NCBI GenBank assembly: GCA_037447605.1
Contig: CM074805.1
Span: 2,761,361 to 2,825,360, forward strand
Reading direction: 5' to 3'
DNA: 64,000 bases
Source: Zygnema circumcarinatum SAG 698-1b
Taxonomy: Eukaryota > Plantae > Zygnematophyceae
The translations under genes and the position numbers were made by a program. Below, piece after piece: positions 1 through 10,403 of this stretch. The notes beneath the pieces were generated by a model. The model was given only the letters and a program-made list of their open reading frames with translations, was not told where the DNA came from and did no database searches. Position 1 is the stretch's first letter. Each line of letters opens with the position of its first letter.

Positions 1-338
1 GCATCAAGACCGTATCGTGACATCGCATCGCCGCGAATCCCATTACTATGGTGGCTCTCTTTTGCGCGGGTAAAGGGCGGAAAATTGAGAGTTTAAATTG
101 AGCCCGTGAACGCTACTGGGCGTACCAGACGCTAGTACGGATAGTACCGTATCGGGAGTTTCGCATTGTACCGCACTGCATCGACATCGTGATCTAAGCC
201 AAGAAGAAGGGGAGAAGAGCCAGCCTTCACTTCAAGGCCCGCAAGCGGAGAATATTATTAGGTGAGTTTTGGCGTGCATAGCGAGCGTAACGGAGCGCGC
301 GCTTCGGGCGGATCCGCCCGCTTCCGCTGTACTTCTTC

Positions 339-480
339 TGACATATGCCTCTTCCGTGGCCGCGCGACCGGGCCGAATCTCGTGAGCCGCCAACTAATGA
401 GAGAGAAGGCGGCGCCACGCTGCTGGCGCCCACGAACGCACATTATCCAAATAAAGGCGCACTCGAAACGCCGCCTAAGG
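339..480 (+). repeat. LTR-like terminus (TGACATATGCCTCTTCCGTG...), diverged copy 1
   Basis: First 20 nt are identical to the reverse complement of 10093-10112, and the alignment continues through GAGAGAAGGCGGCGCCA...AAGGCGCACTCG. Starts with TG. No matching TSD found. Confidence 0.5.
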
Positions 481-732
481 CCGCGACATTGCCATTCGCT
501 GACCTATCCGCTCCAAATGAGTCGGGCCAGTTCTCCTCAAGCAAGGCCAATTCGTGACCGCCAATGCTAAGACTCAAGATCTATTGTCAGCAGCAAGTGA
601 GGACGGGATGCCGCTGATGCTTGTTTGTCTTTTAGTGCTGGGCTTAGTATTTGGATTTGCCGTGGTGGTTTTGTTGTCTTGTTCTTCTTTCTTCTCTTCT
701 TCCTCTTCGCCACAAAGAATGTGATGCTGGCA

Positions 733-790
733 AGAGAGAGAGAGAGAGAGAGAGTTCCATGCCATAGATAGAGAGAGAGAGAGAGAAAGA
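733..790. repeat. (GA)n microsatellite, interrupted
   Basis: Two AG dinucleotide runs read directly. Confidence 0.9.
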
Positions 791-2399
791 GTCTTCTTGC
801 CTATAGCATTTAGACGTCCTTATCTCACCAGCTTATAGACAAAAGATTTCTGAGAAGACAATTTCATTGTAATGACATTCCCCAGCCAACCGCTGGCTGG
901 GGTGAGTTTCCAAAATACCACCTTTAGCTAAGTTGTGTCCTGTTTTCCCTTTGCTGTCACTATGCCAAGCCCCTATCTTGCTCTATCCTGCCTTGCATTC
1001 CTCTCAATGACCAATGATCACTAGAAGCCTAGCTAAGAGACCAGCCGCAGGAGAGGACAGTGGGAGGAGAGTCCCAAGGAAGGGTTTCCCTTATGCGATC
1101 GTCCAGCTCACGGCGGGGAACGTGCCTTCGTAATCCCTACGCCTTCACGCTGGGCATCAATCCCCTGACCCCGGCTCTATGCCGCAGCGTACTCCACGCC
1201 ACTACCCTCCCCAAATTCCTACGCCGCCAAAGACGGACGCCGGGTGGCCGTGACATAAAGATTCCTCGCAACTAGCTCTCGCCAGCTCTTCTCTCAACCT
1301 ACCTATCTTGGTATCGAGTCGGGTTTCGCGCAGATCCACGCATCTTGATAATGCGGAGGGCTTCATCCTCGTGCGGACCGTCAGTTCATGGATGAAGAGT
1401 CGCTGTTAGCAGGGACAGCGTATCTTCATGAGTATTCGATGAAGACTTGGCACCTCAAGAAGAAGAAGAACAAAGCATCGGAAATCCAAGGATCTGGATC
1501 TCGCACTGCAGAAGTTGTAGCGCCAGAGTAGATCGGCGATGGGCATCACCGGCGAGAACCCTTTATCCCAGCCCCGCTTACCTTGAGCCAGATCGAGTCG
1601 ACAAGAGTCAGAACGAATTCGCCTCTGCCAGTTGACGGGCCACAAACTTCGCTTCCGCGAATACGCGACGCCGGACGATCAAGCTTCGCAAACCGCCTGG
1701 GCCGCCAGCCGCCACGTCAGCCGATGCCGCGGAAGAGAGGAGTGCTGTTCAACCTGAGGTCCCCACCGCTGCCCTTACGTATATCGTAACTCACTCTGGA
1801 TCCTTACCTGGATAACCATCGCGACCAGGATCCTTCAAGCACCGCACGCAAGACGCTAGCCCCACAGCAAGGGAATCATCGCAAGACACCCTCACCCTCC
1901 CGCCACGACTTACCCATCCCGCTACCCCCACAGCGAAGCTGGGCTTCGTAAGGGTGCGGCGTGATCTATCGCGATGGACTTCCGCCGAACCAACCTCGCC
2001 AGAGAAGCACACGGTGAGTCGACCGAAGTTCCCCAAAGAAGATGGAAGAGATGATGACAAACTCGATAGCCTTGATAAAAGAGTGAGGTGAGGGGATGTA
2101 CCACGCGCATCATCACTGAGGCTTCACCTGTGAAGATGCGAGGCTTTACCGAGACACCTTGAGGAGTAGCTGCGCAGCCGGCAAGCGCACTGGCGAGGAC
2201 CAGCGGGATCAAGCTATGCCTGAGCGCTTTGAAGGCAAGGTACTAACCGAAGCCGCCCCAACCGCACAAAGCGTATGTCGCCGCCACCCTCATTAAGGGA
2301 CACATTCAAGCAAGCTTTCAGACAACGTTGGATTTCAGATCCGATCACTGTGTGTAGCGAAACGCTATACATGTGTTGTACGGCCTAGTACTTACATCC

Positions 2400-2471
2400 G
2401 CGGTTGCCTTTTAATGGTAAAGCACTGGTGTGGGTACCGGGAGGTCTTGTGTTCAAACCTTGCAGTTGGCA
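2400..2471 (+). ncRNA. tRNA-like module in the TRIM 5' LTR (second copy at 2713-2784)
   Basis: D-arm-like TTTT-AATGGT-AAAG, anticodon-arm-like CTGGT-GTGGGT-ACCGG, variable region GAGGTC, B-box GTTCAAACC (2451-2459), and possible acceptor pairing CGGTTGC/GCAGTTG. The T-stem is degenerate. Confidence 0.65.
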
Positions 2472-2483
2472 GGTTTGTTACAT

Positions 2484-2497
2484 TGGTATCAGAGCCA
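2484..2497 (+). promoter_or_regulatory. Primer-binding site complementary to the tRNA-iMet 3' end
   Basis: TGGTATCAGAGCCA lies 1 nt after the LTR end, the canonical plant iMet PBS. Confidence 0.93.
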
Positions 2498-4039
2498 GTG
2501 CCCGGTATTTGCGATCCACCCTAAAAACACCGTGATCTCCGAGCATGGTACTGTTGGCCAGAGGGTCTGAACCGTAGAGAGGGGGCATGGGGTGAAGGCT
2601 TCATGCAGCTGCGTGAAAACCCTTGAGCTGTATGCTCGAGGACGAGCACGGGTTTAGGGGAGGACTGTAGCGAAACGCTATACATGTGTTGTACGGCCTA
2701 GTACTTACATCCGCGGTTGCCTTTTAATGGTAAAGCACTGGTGTGGGTACCGGGAGGTCTAGTGTTCAAACCTTGCAGTTGGCAGGTTTGTTACACTGTG
2801 CTAGACCGACTTCGCTACATAGAGTGCTGCTGTTGATGAGCGGGCCGCTCAATTACCAGCCGCTGCGCGCATGGCAACACGACCGGCGAACTTGCCTCGA
2901 CTTCTTCCGGCGTTCCAGCGCTGGTTCTCCGGCAAGGCCATCAAATACGAGAAGGATCTCCACCTGGATCGTGAGCTGCGAGACAACCCACCAGCAGATG
3001 CCCAGGCATTGTTACACAGGGCAGAGCGAATTCAGAAGGATCAAGAGAGAGGCAACCGACATGTACGACCACATTACATGAACGCTACAGATCCACGACA
3101 AGATCGACTCTACCAGCAGTTCCTGAAGACACAGAATCAACAGTTGTTCGATCCCTACGCTACATCTATGTTGAATTGGTTTCCCCTGAAGTGGTTCTGA
3201 AACCACTCGTAGAGGATAAGGGGTCGTAAACCGAGCCCCCTCTCGTCGTGTCTTCTCCCGTATTCATCTCGGCCATGATGACTACCGTGAGCCAAGCAAG
3301 AACTGCGGAGACAAAGTGTAAGAGAAAAAGCCCACCGCCGAAAAACCTCTTCTTTATACAATGAAAGATACAATGTGCGTGCAAAGATTCTACTCCCACT
3401 CGCTCTATCCTTACTTACTAAGCGTTGCTTGTGCGTGCTGCCCCCGACTATTCTTCACTCTTCTCGCTCTTACTACTTCCACACGGAAGCATCGCCCTTG
3501 TGCAAGAGTAAAAGGCGGAACCTCCCCATAAAGGTTCGTGAGTGTTCCTGAATCGATCAAGATTCAGATATAAGCTTTCCCCTACGAGCGAAATTTTTAT
3601 GTAGCTGGGCGGCCGCGACCTCGTCACGTTGCCACATGCAAGGGCTGAATCGCCCCTACGTGGTCGCCACCACCATGGACGCTTCCGCGGCGCCAAGGCG
3701 CCGCCTGCGTAGTTTTCCACGGGCCAGGTAAGGTTTCACGGGAGCTTTACCTCGCAGCTGAGTGCGCTTCCGCCGCTTGCCGCCAGCGCTTTCAAAACGC
3801 TGCTTTTTCGGTGTGCGCTAAACCTTCTCGCTACTGGATCAAATCGTTTGCCAGTTCGATTGCTGGCCCGCTGACCAGGTCACGCCGGCCCGCTCATTAA
3901 TGCTTCCTCCCAGCCCTTAGTCGCTGCCGCTACAAGCCGCCGCTGCCCTGCGACGCCAACAAATGTTCGCTCCGTCACGCCACGGTCCCGCGGAACTTTA
4001 ACTTAGAACTTCAAGGCTCACGCCTCAAGGCCACCAACC

Positions 4040-6043
4040 TTGTCGCCAGCGCCCTCACAACAAGTTCTTCATGTCATAGAGAGACTATGTCCCATAAGTT
4101 GTACGGTCTCTATAGCCGTACAACAATCTACTCGGAACAAGCCTTCCTTCTCCGGCGTCACTGCTCAGGACGTCCGGACAGCCCCTGTGGTGCAGCCTCT
4201 GGCCATAGCCAGCACAACCAAGCCCCTTCCCCTTTCCCCATACCCTCATGATCCGGCGCATCCCATTGAGCCGGCGGTGAATCCTCACATACCAGATGTT
4301 TCTCGTCCAGGATATCGGGCTCCTTATTCCGATCGCACACCCGAAGAGAGAGAAGCTGCCAGGGCCGATCTGCGCCGTCGGATGACAGAGGCAGGGGTTC
4401 CGGAGGGCGTATGTCTTGCCTGTGGCCTGAATCATAATCCGCGGCTGCGTTGCGAACCGTGGACCTGCACCTTCTGCCAGATCACGGGACATGATGCCCG
4501 TGTGTGCATGCGGAGACTCTCAAGTGAGAAGGCCCGGAAGGGGAAAGAGGCAGCAGCAGGGAACTCACCTGCAGAGATCACCTTCATGGATATGCTCCCG
4601 GCTGCTCCCACACCACCGAGAACACCGGGCTCCCTTTCTACCGCCCACCTCCTTCACCGCCACACCATCCTCAAGCAATCCACCACCTATCCATCTCCAC
4701 TTCCATGGACTCCCTTCCTCGCCAAACGATTGGGTGCCGGAGTTCATCCGCTGCCCCATCACGCGACTGCCCAGGTTGCCGCTGCATTTCAAATCGCTTT
4801 ATCGGGACCCTCATCACTTCGCTGATGCTCAAGCCCGGATCGCCGAGATTGCAACTGCCCTTCGCAGGCTCCCGGTCAACCGAAGCGATCCTCATTCTCA
4901 TCCCCTGCCATTCCTCCCTGTCAATGTCAACGGCGCCAGTTCCTCGGGTACGGCACCACCGGTCGCCACCCCTGTCCGAAGAACTTCAGTCATCCCTCCC
5001 TTCACGGGTCATCCCTTGGGATCCCTGCCTGAGGAGGAAATTGAAGATCTCAATGAAGAGGAGCCGACAGCGGCGCCGCCAGAGCCGACGCCACCGGCGA
5101 CCGAAGAGATGCACGTCAACCCTCCACATCGTCCTCGAGCAGCCCGTTTCTACCCCCAAGCAGCCGATCGTCGACCACCCCCCCCGACAGACGGCCTATC
5201 CCTGATAGAACGCATGGTGCATCAACTCATGGGAGACAAGGCTAAGATCGGCATTACCTTGTCACAGTTGATGCAGCTTGTACCAGGTGCTGCCGCCGTA
5301 GTTCGAAAGCTGGCCGACAGTGCAGAGGCCACCCTGCGGCCTCCCACAGCTCATATGACATCTCCTCCGGACGTCCCCTCGCCGGCCGATATCCACCACA
5401 TGGCTACGGCGTCTCCGCCGGACCCAGTCCGCTCCCCTCGCCATCCTCCTCGCCAGATTCAGATCCTCCCTCTCATCCCAACGCCCAACGTGCGGATCAT
5501 CGTCAATGTATGGCTCAACGGTCATCCCAGCAAAGCCATGATCGACACGGGGGCTATGCGCACAGTTCTGTCCAAGCCTGTGATGAAGGCTGCAGGGGTT
5601 AAGTTGGACAAGACACTTGAGCCCATTCCCCGATATGTGGGGGTTGAAGGGAGCTTACATGAAGGATTGGGCAGCGCCCAAGTGGTCATCAGTCTTGGCG
5701 AGATGGGAGCCACGGTGAATGCGGTCATCACGGCCGCTGAACACTATTCTATCCTGCTGGGCTCAGATTGGCTCATCGCGATGGGAGCACAAATCGACTT
5801 TGCTACATGTCAACTGCACTTATCTGCTGGCGGAACAGACTGCTCCTTCCCATCATCCTCAGTCCCTACCACTTCCGCTTCCTGCCGTTTCATCACACGT
5901 ACAGGTTCCTACCGAGATCACTCATGTACCATTCTGGCCTACAGCCCCATTCTTCCTACATGGATCGGCCACCCTGGATACCGATGACTCCAGACCCCTC
6001 CTTCTTCTCCGAAGTCCAGCTCTCTAAGTAAGGCCGAATGGAG
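4040..6043 (+). mobile_element. Ty3/gypsy gag-protease region, frame-broken and truncated by an N gap
   Basis: ORF 4040-4825 has a zinc knuckle CTFCQITGHDARVC (CX2CX4HX4C) plus a second Cys/His cluster. Overlapping ORF 4491-5987 has a retropepsin motif AMIDTGAMRT and ILLGSDWL. Confidence 0.88.
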
Positions 6044-6143
6044 NNNNNNNNNNNNNNNNNNNNNNNNNNNNNNNNNNNNNNNNNNNNNNNNNNNNNNNNN
6101 NNNNNNNNNNNNNNNNNNNNNNNNNNNNNNNNNNNNNNNNNNN

Positions 6144-6172
6144 ATACAACCCATGTATAGCGTTTCGCTACA
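6144..6172 (-). mobile_element. 5' terminus of another TRIM-family LTR, truncated by a gap
   Basis: Reverse complement TGTAGCGAAACGCTATACATGGGTTGTAT matches the TRIM LTR start TGTAGCGAAACGCTATACATGTGTTGTAC at 27/29 positions. Confidence 0.88.
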
Positions 6173-6177
6173 ACTAC

Positions 6178-6360
6178 TGTAGCGAAACGCTACAGTCACC
6201 CCAAGGGGGAAGGGTTACTTAGAGCCCGGCGTGGCTTTATGTTTCCATCCAATGCAGTACCTAACGGTTAGGGCATCGGATACCCTATAGGACGACAGAG
6301 GTCCTAGGTTCGAACCATAAGAACTGGTTCACCCGTGGGGCCGCCACATAATCTCTATGG
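6178..6360 (+). mobile_element. Second tRNA-like LTR family, copy 1 (5' end)
   Basis: Starts TGTAGCGAAACGCTACA. A-box-like TACCTAACGG at 6258-6267, B-box GGTTCGAACC at 6307-6316. Near-identical to 7477-7601. Confidence 0.8.
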
Positions 6361-6726
6361 NNNNNNNNNNGGGAATGGGGCTGCCATCAGGGATAAAAGA
6401 CTCTTGTTTCTTAGACCCCTGGACATTCTTAACTTGGTGGGCAGGCTTTTGGGAGTGCAAGATCTCTTTGTGTTTGATGTACTCCCTTCTTCCATTTCTC
6501 TTTCCCCTGCCACTGTAGTGACTCCTTCTGGGTTTATGGATGTAGTGATGAATGGTGATTGGCATGTCTTTATCCTCAATGTCATGGGCGATGATGTTCT
6601 CATGCAATGTGCCATGGATGCTTTGCATGTCATGGGAAACACCTCCCATGTCCTTGGGCTGCATGTGCTGGTTCCTCAGCACATGGCAGTTCGCACCTTT
6701 CCCAACGCCACTTGGCGGTTGGTGAA

Positions 6727-7466
6727 ACAGTTGAGGNNNNNNNNNNCTCAGGGGTACCATCAAATCCGTGTTACGGAAGCTGATGTGCCAAAAACTGCGT
6801 TCCGGACGCCGATTGGTCACTTCCAATATAAGGTGTTGCCCTTTGGATTGACTAATGCTCCGGCGACTTTCCAGGCTGTCATGAACGAGTTGTTCATCGG
6901 CATGGACGAATTTGTTTTGGTTTACCTCGATGATATCCTTGTCTTCAGTAAGACAGAGGAGGAACATCTTGAACACGTTCGGAAAGTGTTTGAGACCTTG
7001 AGGACACACCAGTTTTATGCCAAGAGGAAGAAGTGTCACTTCATGCAACGTGAGTTGCTTTATCTTGGGCATATTCTCAATGATCAGGGCCTTCGGCCTG
7101 ATCCTGCCAAAGTTTCAGCGGTAGAAACTTGGGCACCACCGACTGACTTGCATCAGTTGCGGTCTTTCTTGGGATTTGCGAATTATTTTCGTAAGTTCAT
7201 CCAAGGGTTTAGTAAGTTGGTTACTCCCTTGACTAATTTGACACGTTCCGGTGTCCCCTTTACATGGACCCCTGAATGCCAGGATGCATTCGAAGGTGTG
7301 CGCCATGCACTTGTTACCGCACCCACTCTCCGTTTAGCGGACCCGTCCAAGCCTTATGAAGTGGTTTGTGATGCTTCGGGATTCGCCTTGGGTGCCGTCT
7401 TGTTTCAAGATGGTCAGCCTCTGGCGTATGAAAGTCGCAAAATGAATCCCGCTGAGCGCAACTATT
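6727..7466 (+). mobile_element. Ty3/gypsy (chromovirus-like) reverse transcriptase-RNase H fragment between N gaps
   Basis: GYHQIRV...KTAFRT...PFGLTNAPATFQ...VYLDDIL...RSFLGFANYFRKFI...CDASGFALGAVL...AYESRK. Confidence 0.96.
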
Positions 7467-7476
7467 NNNNNNNNNN

Positions 7477-8171
7477 GCCCGGCGTGGCTTTATGTTTCCA
7501 TCCAATGCAGTACCTAACGGTTAGGGCATCGGATACCCTATAGGACCACGGAGGTCCTAGGTTCGAACCGTAAGAACTGGTTCACACGTGGGGGCACCAC
7601 ATAGTCACGGTGCGCCCCACACCAGCAGCCAAGGTCCCCTCCTCGGCTTAAGGGAGGATTGGGGATTACCGGCACCACGGGACCAATCCGGTCCCGCGAT
7701 TGGATCTCGGGCCGCGGCCCGGATCCCCCTTTTGGAATTCGCCGTTCGTCCGTACAATTACGGGTACCGTTGAGTACGAGACGGTAACCCGATCCGAACC
7801 AGCGCGCGCCGGATCGACACCCGTGCGATGTGCAATGGCGCGCTCGCCCGGCTTGTGAAATGCGGTGAGCGTTAAATGCGTTATACACCTCGACCCATTC
7901 GGGTGAGAGAGGATGCGATGTGACCGCCATTGGGCGACCACGCTTCCCGATCCTCCCATCTTGGTAGGAGGTTACGTGAGCGTAAAGGGGCGTGGGTGAC
8001 TGTCGTCACCCAACCAACGTACCGGCATACGGTTGCACGCCCATCTCGGGCTGCTCCCCACTCTGAAGCGCTCTCTCTCTCTCTCTGAATCCCTCCCGAT
8101 CTGAACTCTGTTTTGCTGAGTGCTGGTGTGTGATTCCGCGTAGGCTGAAGAGGCAGATCTCAGCTGTTACA
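7477..8171 (+). mobile_element. Second tRNA-like LTR family, copy 2, continuing into ~570 bp that ends TGTTACA
   Basis: A-box-like 7511-7520, B-box 7560-7569, CT tract near 8070. Ends CAGCTGTTACA directly against an interrupted RNase H codon stretch (nested insertion). Confidence 0.75.
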
Positions 8172-9045
8172 GGTGATGAAGTTGGAGGAGTACAATGTAC
8201 TCAAAGTCACTCACCGTCCCGGCCGTAGTCACGGCAATGCTGATGGCCTCAGTCGCAATCCCTCGGCTCCCCTCCTCTGCCACGATCCGGCCGTTCTTGA
8301 ACCCATCCCTCCACCCACCCCTCGCCCAGAACCACGGCATGCTTCCGGCAAGAGATTTTTTATTGCGCTCAAGCCGCATGAGTATATATTCGCGAGATGG
8401 GCTGTCGATGGCCTAAATCCACCAGCCCCAGAGAGACCACGACTTCACCAGCCACCCCATGCGGATAAAGTAGAGAACTCCTCATGGATGGCGATGGCGG
8501 CGCTCACTTACTTCCTCCCATTTCAGCGCCAGCCAGCGTCATTCCGAGACTCCTCCCTTACGCGCTTCGTCACTTGACCCTTGCGTTACCCCCCCTTTAT
8601 CCACAGAACACCGAGAACTGCATTTGCTCCGCGCTCACCGAACTTCTCTGTCGATGATGACGGACAGATTCTTTACCTCCCCTCCGGCCTTCCTGTTCCA
8701 TTCCCTAACGAGCGTATGGAAATTCTCGACGTCGCCCACGATTCCCAACCTGCAGGCTTCCACCTCGGACAGAAGAAGATGGTGGCCCTGTTGCAGGAGC
8801 GCTACTATTGGCCCGGCCTCCATGGCGCGGTGAGCCGCTACATTGAAACCTGCACCCGCTGCCAACGCGGCAAGCGCTCTTCTCCCCCCGACCGCCAACC
8901 CCTCGAGATGGGTGAGATCCCAATACGCGGCGTCGCCGAAGACTGGAACATCGACACCTTTTCTATCCCCCAACTCGGCACCCCCTCTAGCTACATTCGG
9001 GTCTTCCTAGCCGTGGACAGATACACCAAGTGGGTAGAGGTTCAC
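8172..9045 (+). pseudogene. Gypsy RNase H end plus integrase (second family), with one in-frame stop
   Basis: VMKLEEYNVLKVTHRPGRSHGNADGLSR, then HHCC zinc finger (AHDS..GFHLG..YYWPGL..CTRCQ) and core WNIDT...AVDRYTKWVE. In-frame TGA at 8575-8577. Confidence 0.9.
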
Positions 9046-9055
9046 NNNNNNNNNN

Positions 9056-9554
9056 TACGGCCGGGACGGTGGGTGACCTTAAGCACATTATACTCCTCCA
9101 ACTTCATCACCCATCGTGCAAACTTAGGTCGTAGGGTAGCCATGATGTGCAGCCAAGTGAGGGGCATGTGGTCAGTCCGGATGATAACGGGCTGGTAGGC
9201 CGTGAAGAGCTTGAACTTCTCGAGTGCCCAGAGGATAGCCGCGGCCTCTCCCTCAGTAGGGCTATACTTGGTCTCGGTTTCTGAACAGACCCTGCTTGCA
9301 AAACTGACCGGGTGTTCCCCATCTGAGAATGCTTGGCTGGCCACTGCCCCAAAGCCTGTCTGACTCCAGTCGGCGTCAATAATGGTGGGAAGGGTGGGGT
9401 CAAATTGATGCAGGCAAGGAGCCTGAAGGAGGGCACTCTTGAGCGCGTGGAAGGCCAAATCCTGCGCTCGGCTCCATTCGTATTGGACTCCGTGCTTCTC
9501 CAAGGCATGTAGGGGACGTGCGATAAGGGCATAGCCCTTGATGAACCGGCGATA
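9056..9554 (-). mobile_element. Gypsy RT-connection/RNase H fragment, same family as 8172-9045
   Basis: YRRFIKGYALIARPL...IIDADWSQTGFGAV...FASRVCSETETKYSPTEGE...RTDHMPLTWL...KFARWVMKLEEYNVLKVTHRPGR. Confidence 0.93.
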
Positions 9555-9564
9555 NNNNNNNNNN

Positions 9565-9976
9565 GGTAATGCCGATCTTAGCCTTGTCTCCCATGAGTTG
9601 ATGAACCATGCGTTCAATCAGGGATAGGCCGTCTGTCGGGGGGGGTGGTCGACGATCGGCTGCTTGGGGGTAGAAACGGGCTGCCCGAGGGCGATGTGGA
9701 GGGTTGACGTGCATCTCTTCGGTCGCCGGTGCCGTCGGCTCTGGCTGCGCCGCTGTCGGCTCCTCTTCATTGAGATCTTCAATTTCCTCCTCAGGCAGGG
9801 ATCCCAAGGGATGACCCGTGGAGGGAGGGATGACTGAAGTTCTTCGGACAGGGGTGGCGACCGGTGGAGCCGTGCCCGAGGAACTGGCGCCGTTGACATT
9901 GGCAGGGAGGAATGGCAGGGGATGAGAATGAGGATCGCTTCGGTTGACAGGGAGCCTGCGAAGGGCAGTTGCAATC
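9565..9976 (-). mobile_element. Second near-identical copy of the gag-protease linker (homologous to ~4848-5260)
   Basis: IATALRRLPVNRSDPHSHPLPFLP...GDKAKIGIT matches the + strand copy with only a few substitutions. Confidence 0.93.
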
Positions 9977-9986
9977 NNNNNNNNNN

Positions 9987-10112
9987 CCCGAGTGCGCCTT
10001 GCTGGATGGTGTGCTGTTCCGTGGGCCGCCAACGCATGGCGCCGCCTTCTCTCAATCTCCGTTGGCAGCTCCTGGATTCCGTTGATCCGTGACACGGAAG
10101 AGGCATATGTCA
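9987..10112 (-). repeat. LTR-like terminus, diverged copy 2 (homolog of 339-480)
   Basis: Direct alignment to 339-480. Truncated by an N gap. Confidence 0.5.
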
Positions 10113-10403
10113 AGTACAATTGAACTGACGCAAATCCGTCGAACGCAGCTCCGTTACGCTACAGCTACAACAGTAAGCCCGTGACGGCTAGTACAGCTAG
10201 TACGGCTAGTACGGTTAGTACGAATTGTACGAATTATACGGATTGTACGGCTATTACGAAGTTACCGTACAAAAAAGTGGTTTCGGCAAAATTGGTGCGA
10301 ATTTATTGGTGACGCAAATGTTGAGGTGGAAAATATGACGGGGTCCTACTGTACCGCACATTTCCGTACAGTGCCGTACGCGGGAGGCCATGCTAATTGC
10401 TAA

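Larger units (their letters stand above)
2353..2795 (+). mobile_element. Complete TRIM (non-autonomous miniature LTR retrotransposon) with tRNA-like LTRs
   Basis: LTRs 2353-2482 and 2666-2795 (130 bp each, TGTAGC...TGTTACA, 1 mismatch). PBS at 2484-2497, purine tract before the 3' LTR, 5-bp TSD CTGTG at 2348-2352 and 2796-2800, 183-bp non-coding interior. Confidence 0.96.

Noticed and set aside
574-765. 63-aa minus-strand ORF
   Set aside because: Built largely from (GA)n and GAA low-complexity sequence.
780-4040. Possible LTR/UTR or decayed ORFs of the gag-bearing element (e.g. ORF 2871-3200)
   Set aside because: No paired LTR, PBS or protein motif could be identified, so it is left unannotated apart from the TRIM.
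6335-7543. 402-aa ORF as a single pol gene
   Set aside because: It is read through three N gaps. Only 6727-7466 is recognisable RT-RNase H, and 6371-6716 could not be assigned in any frame.
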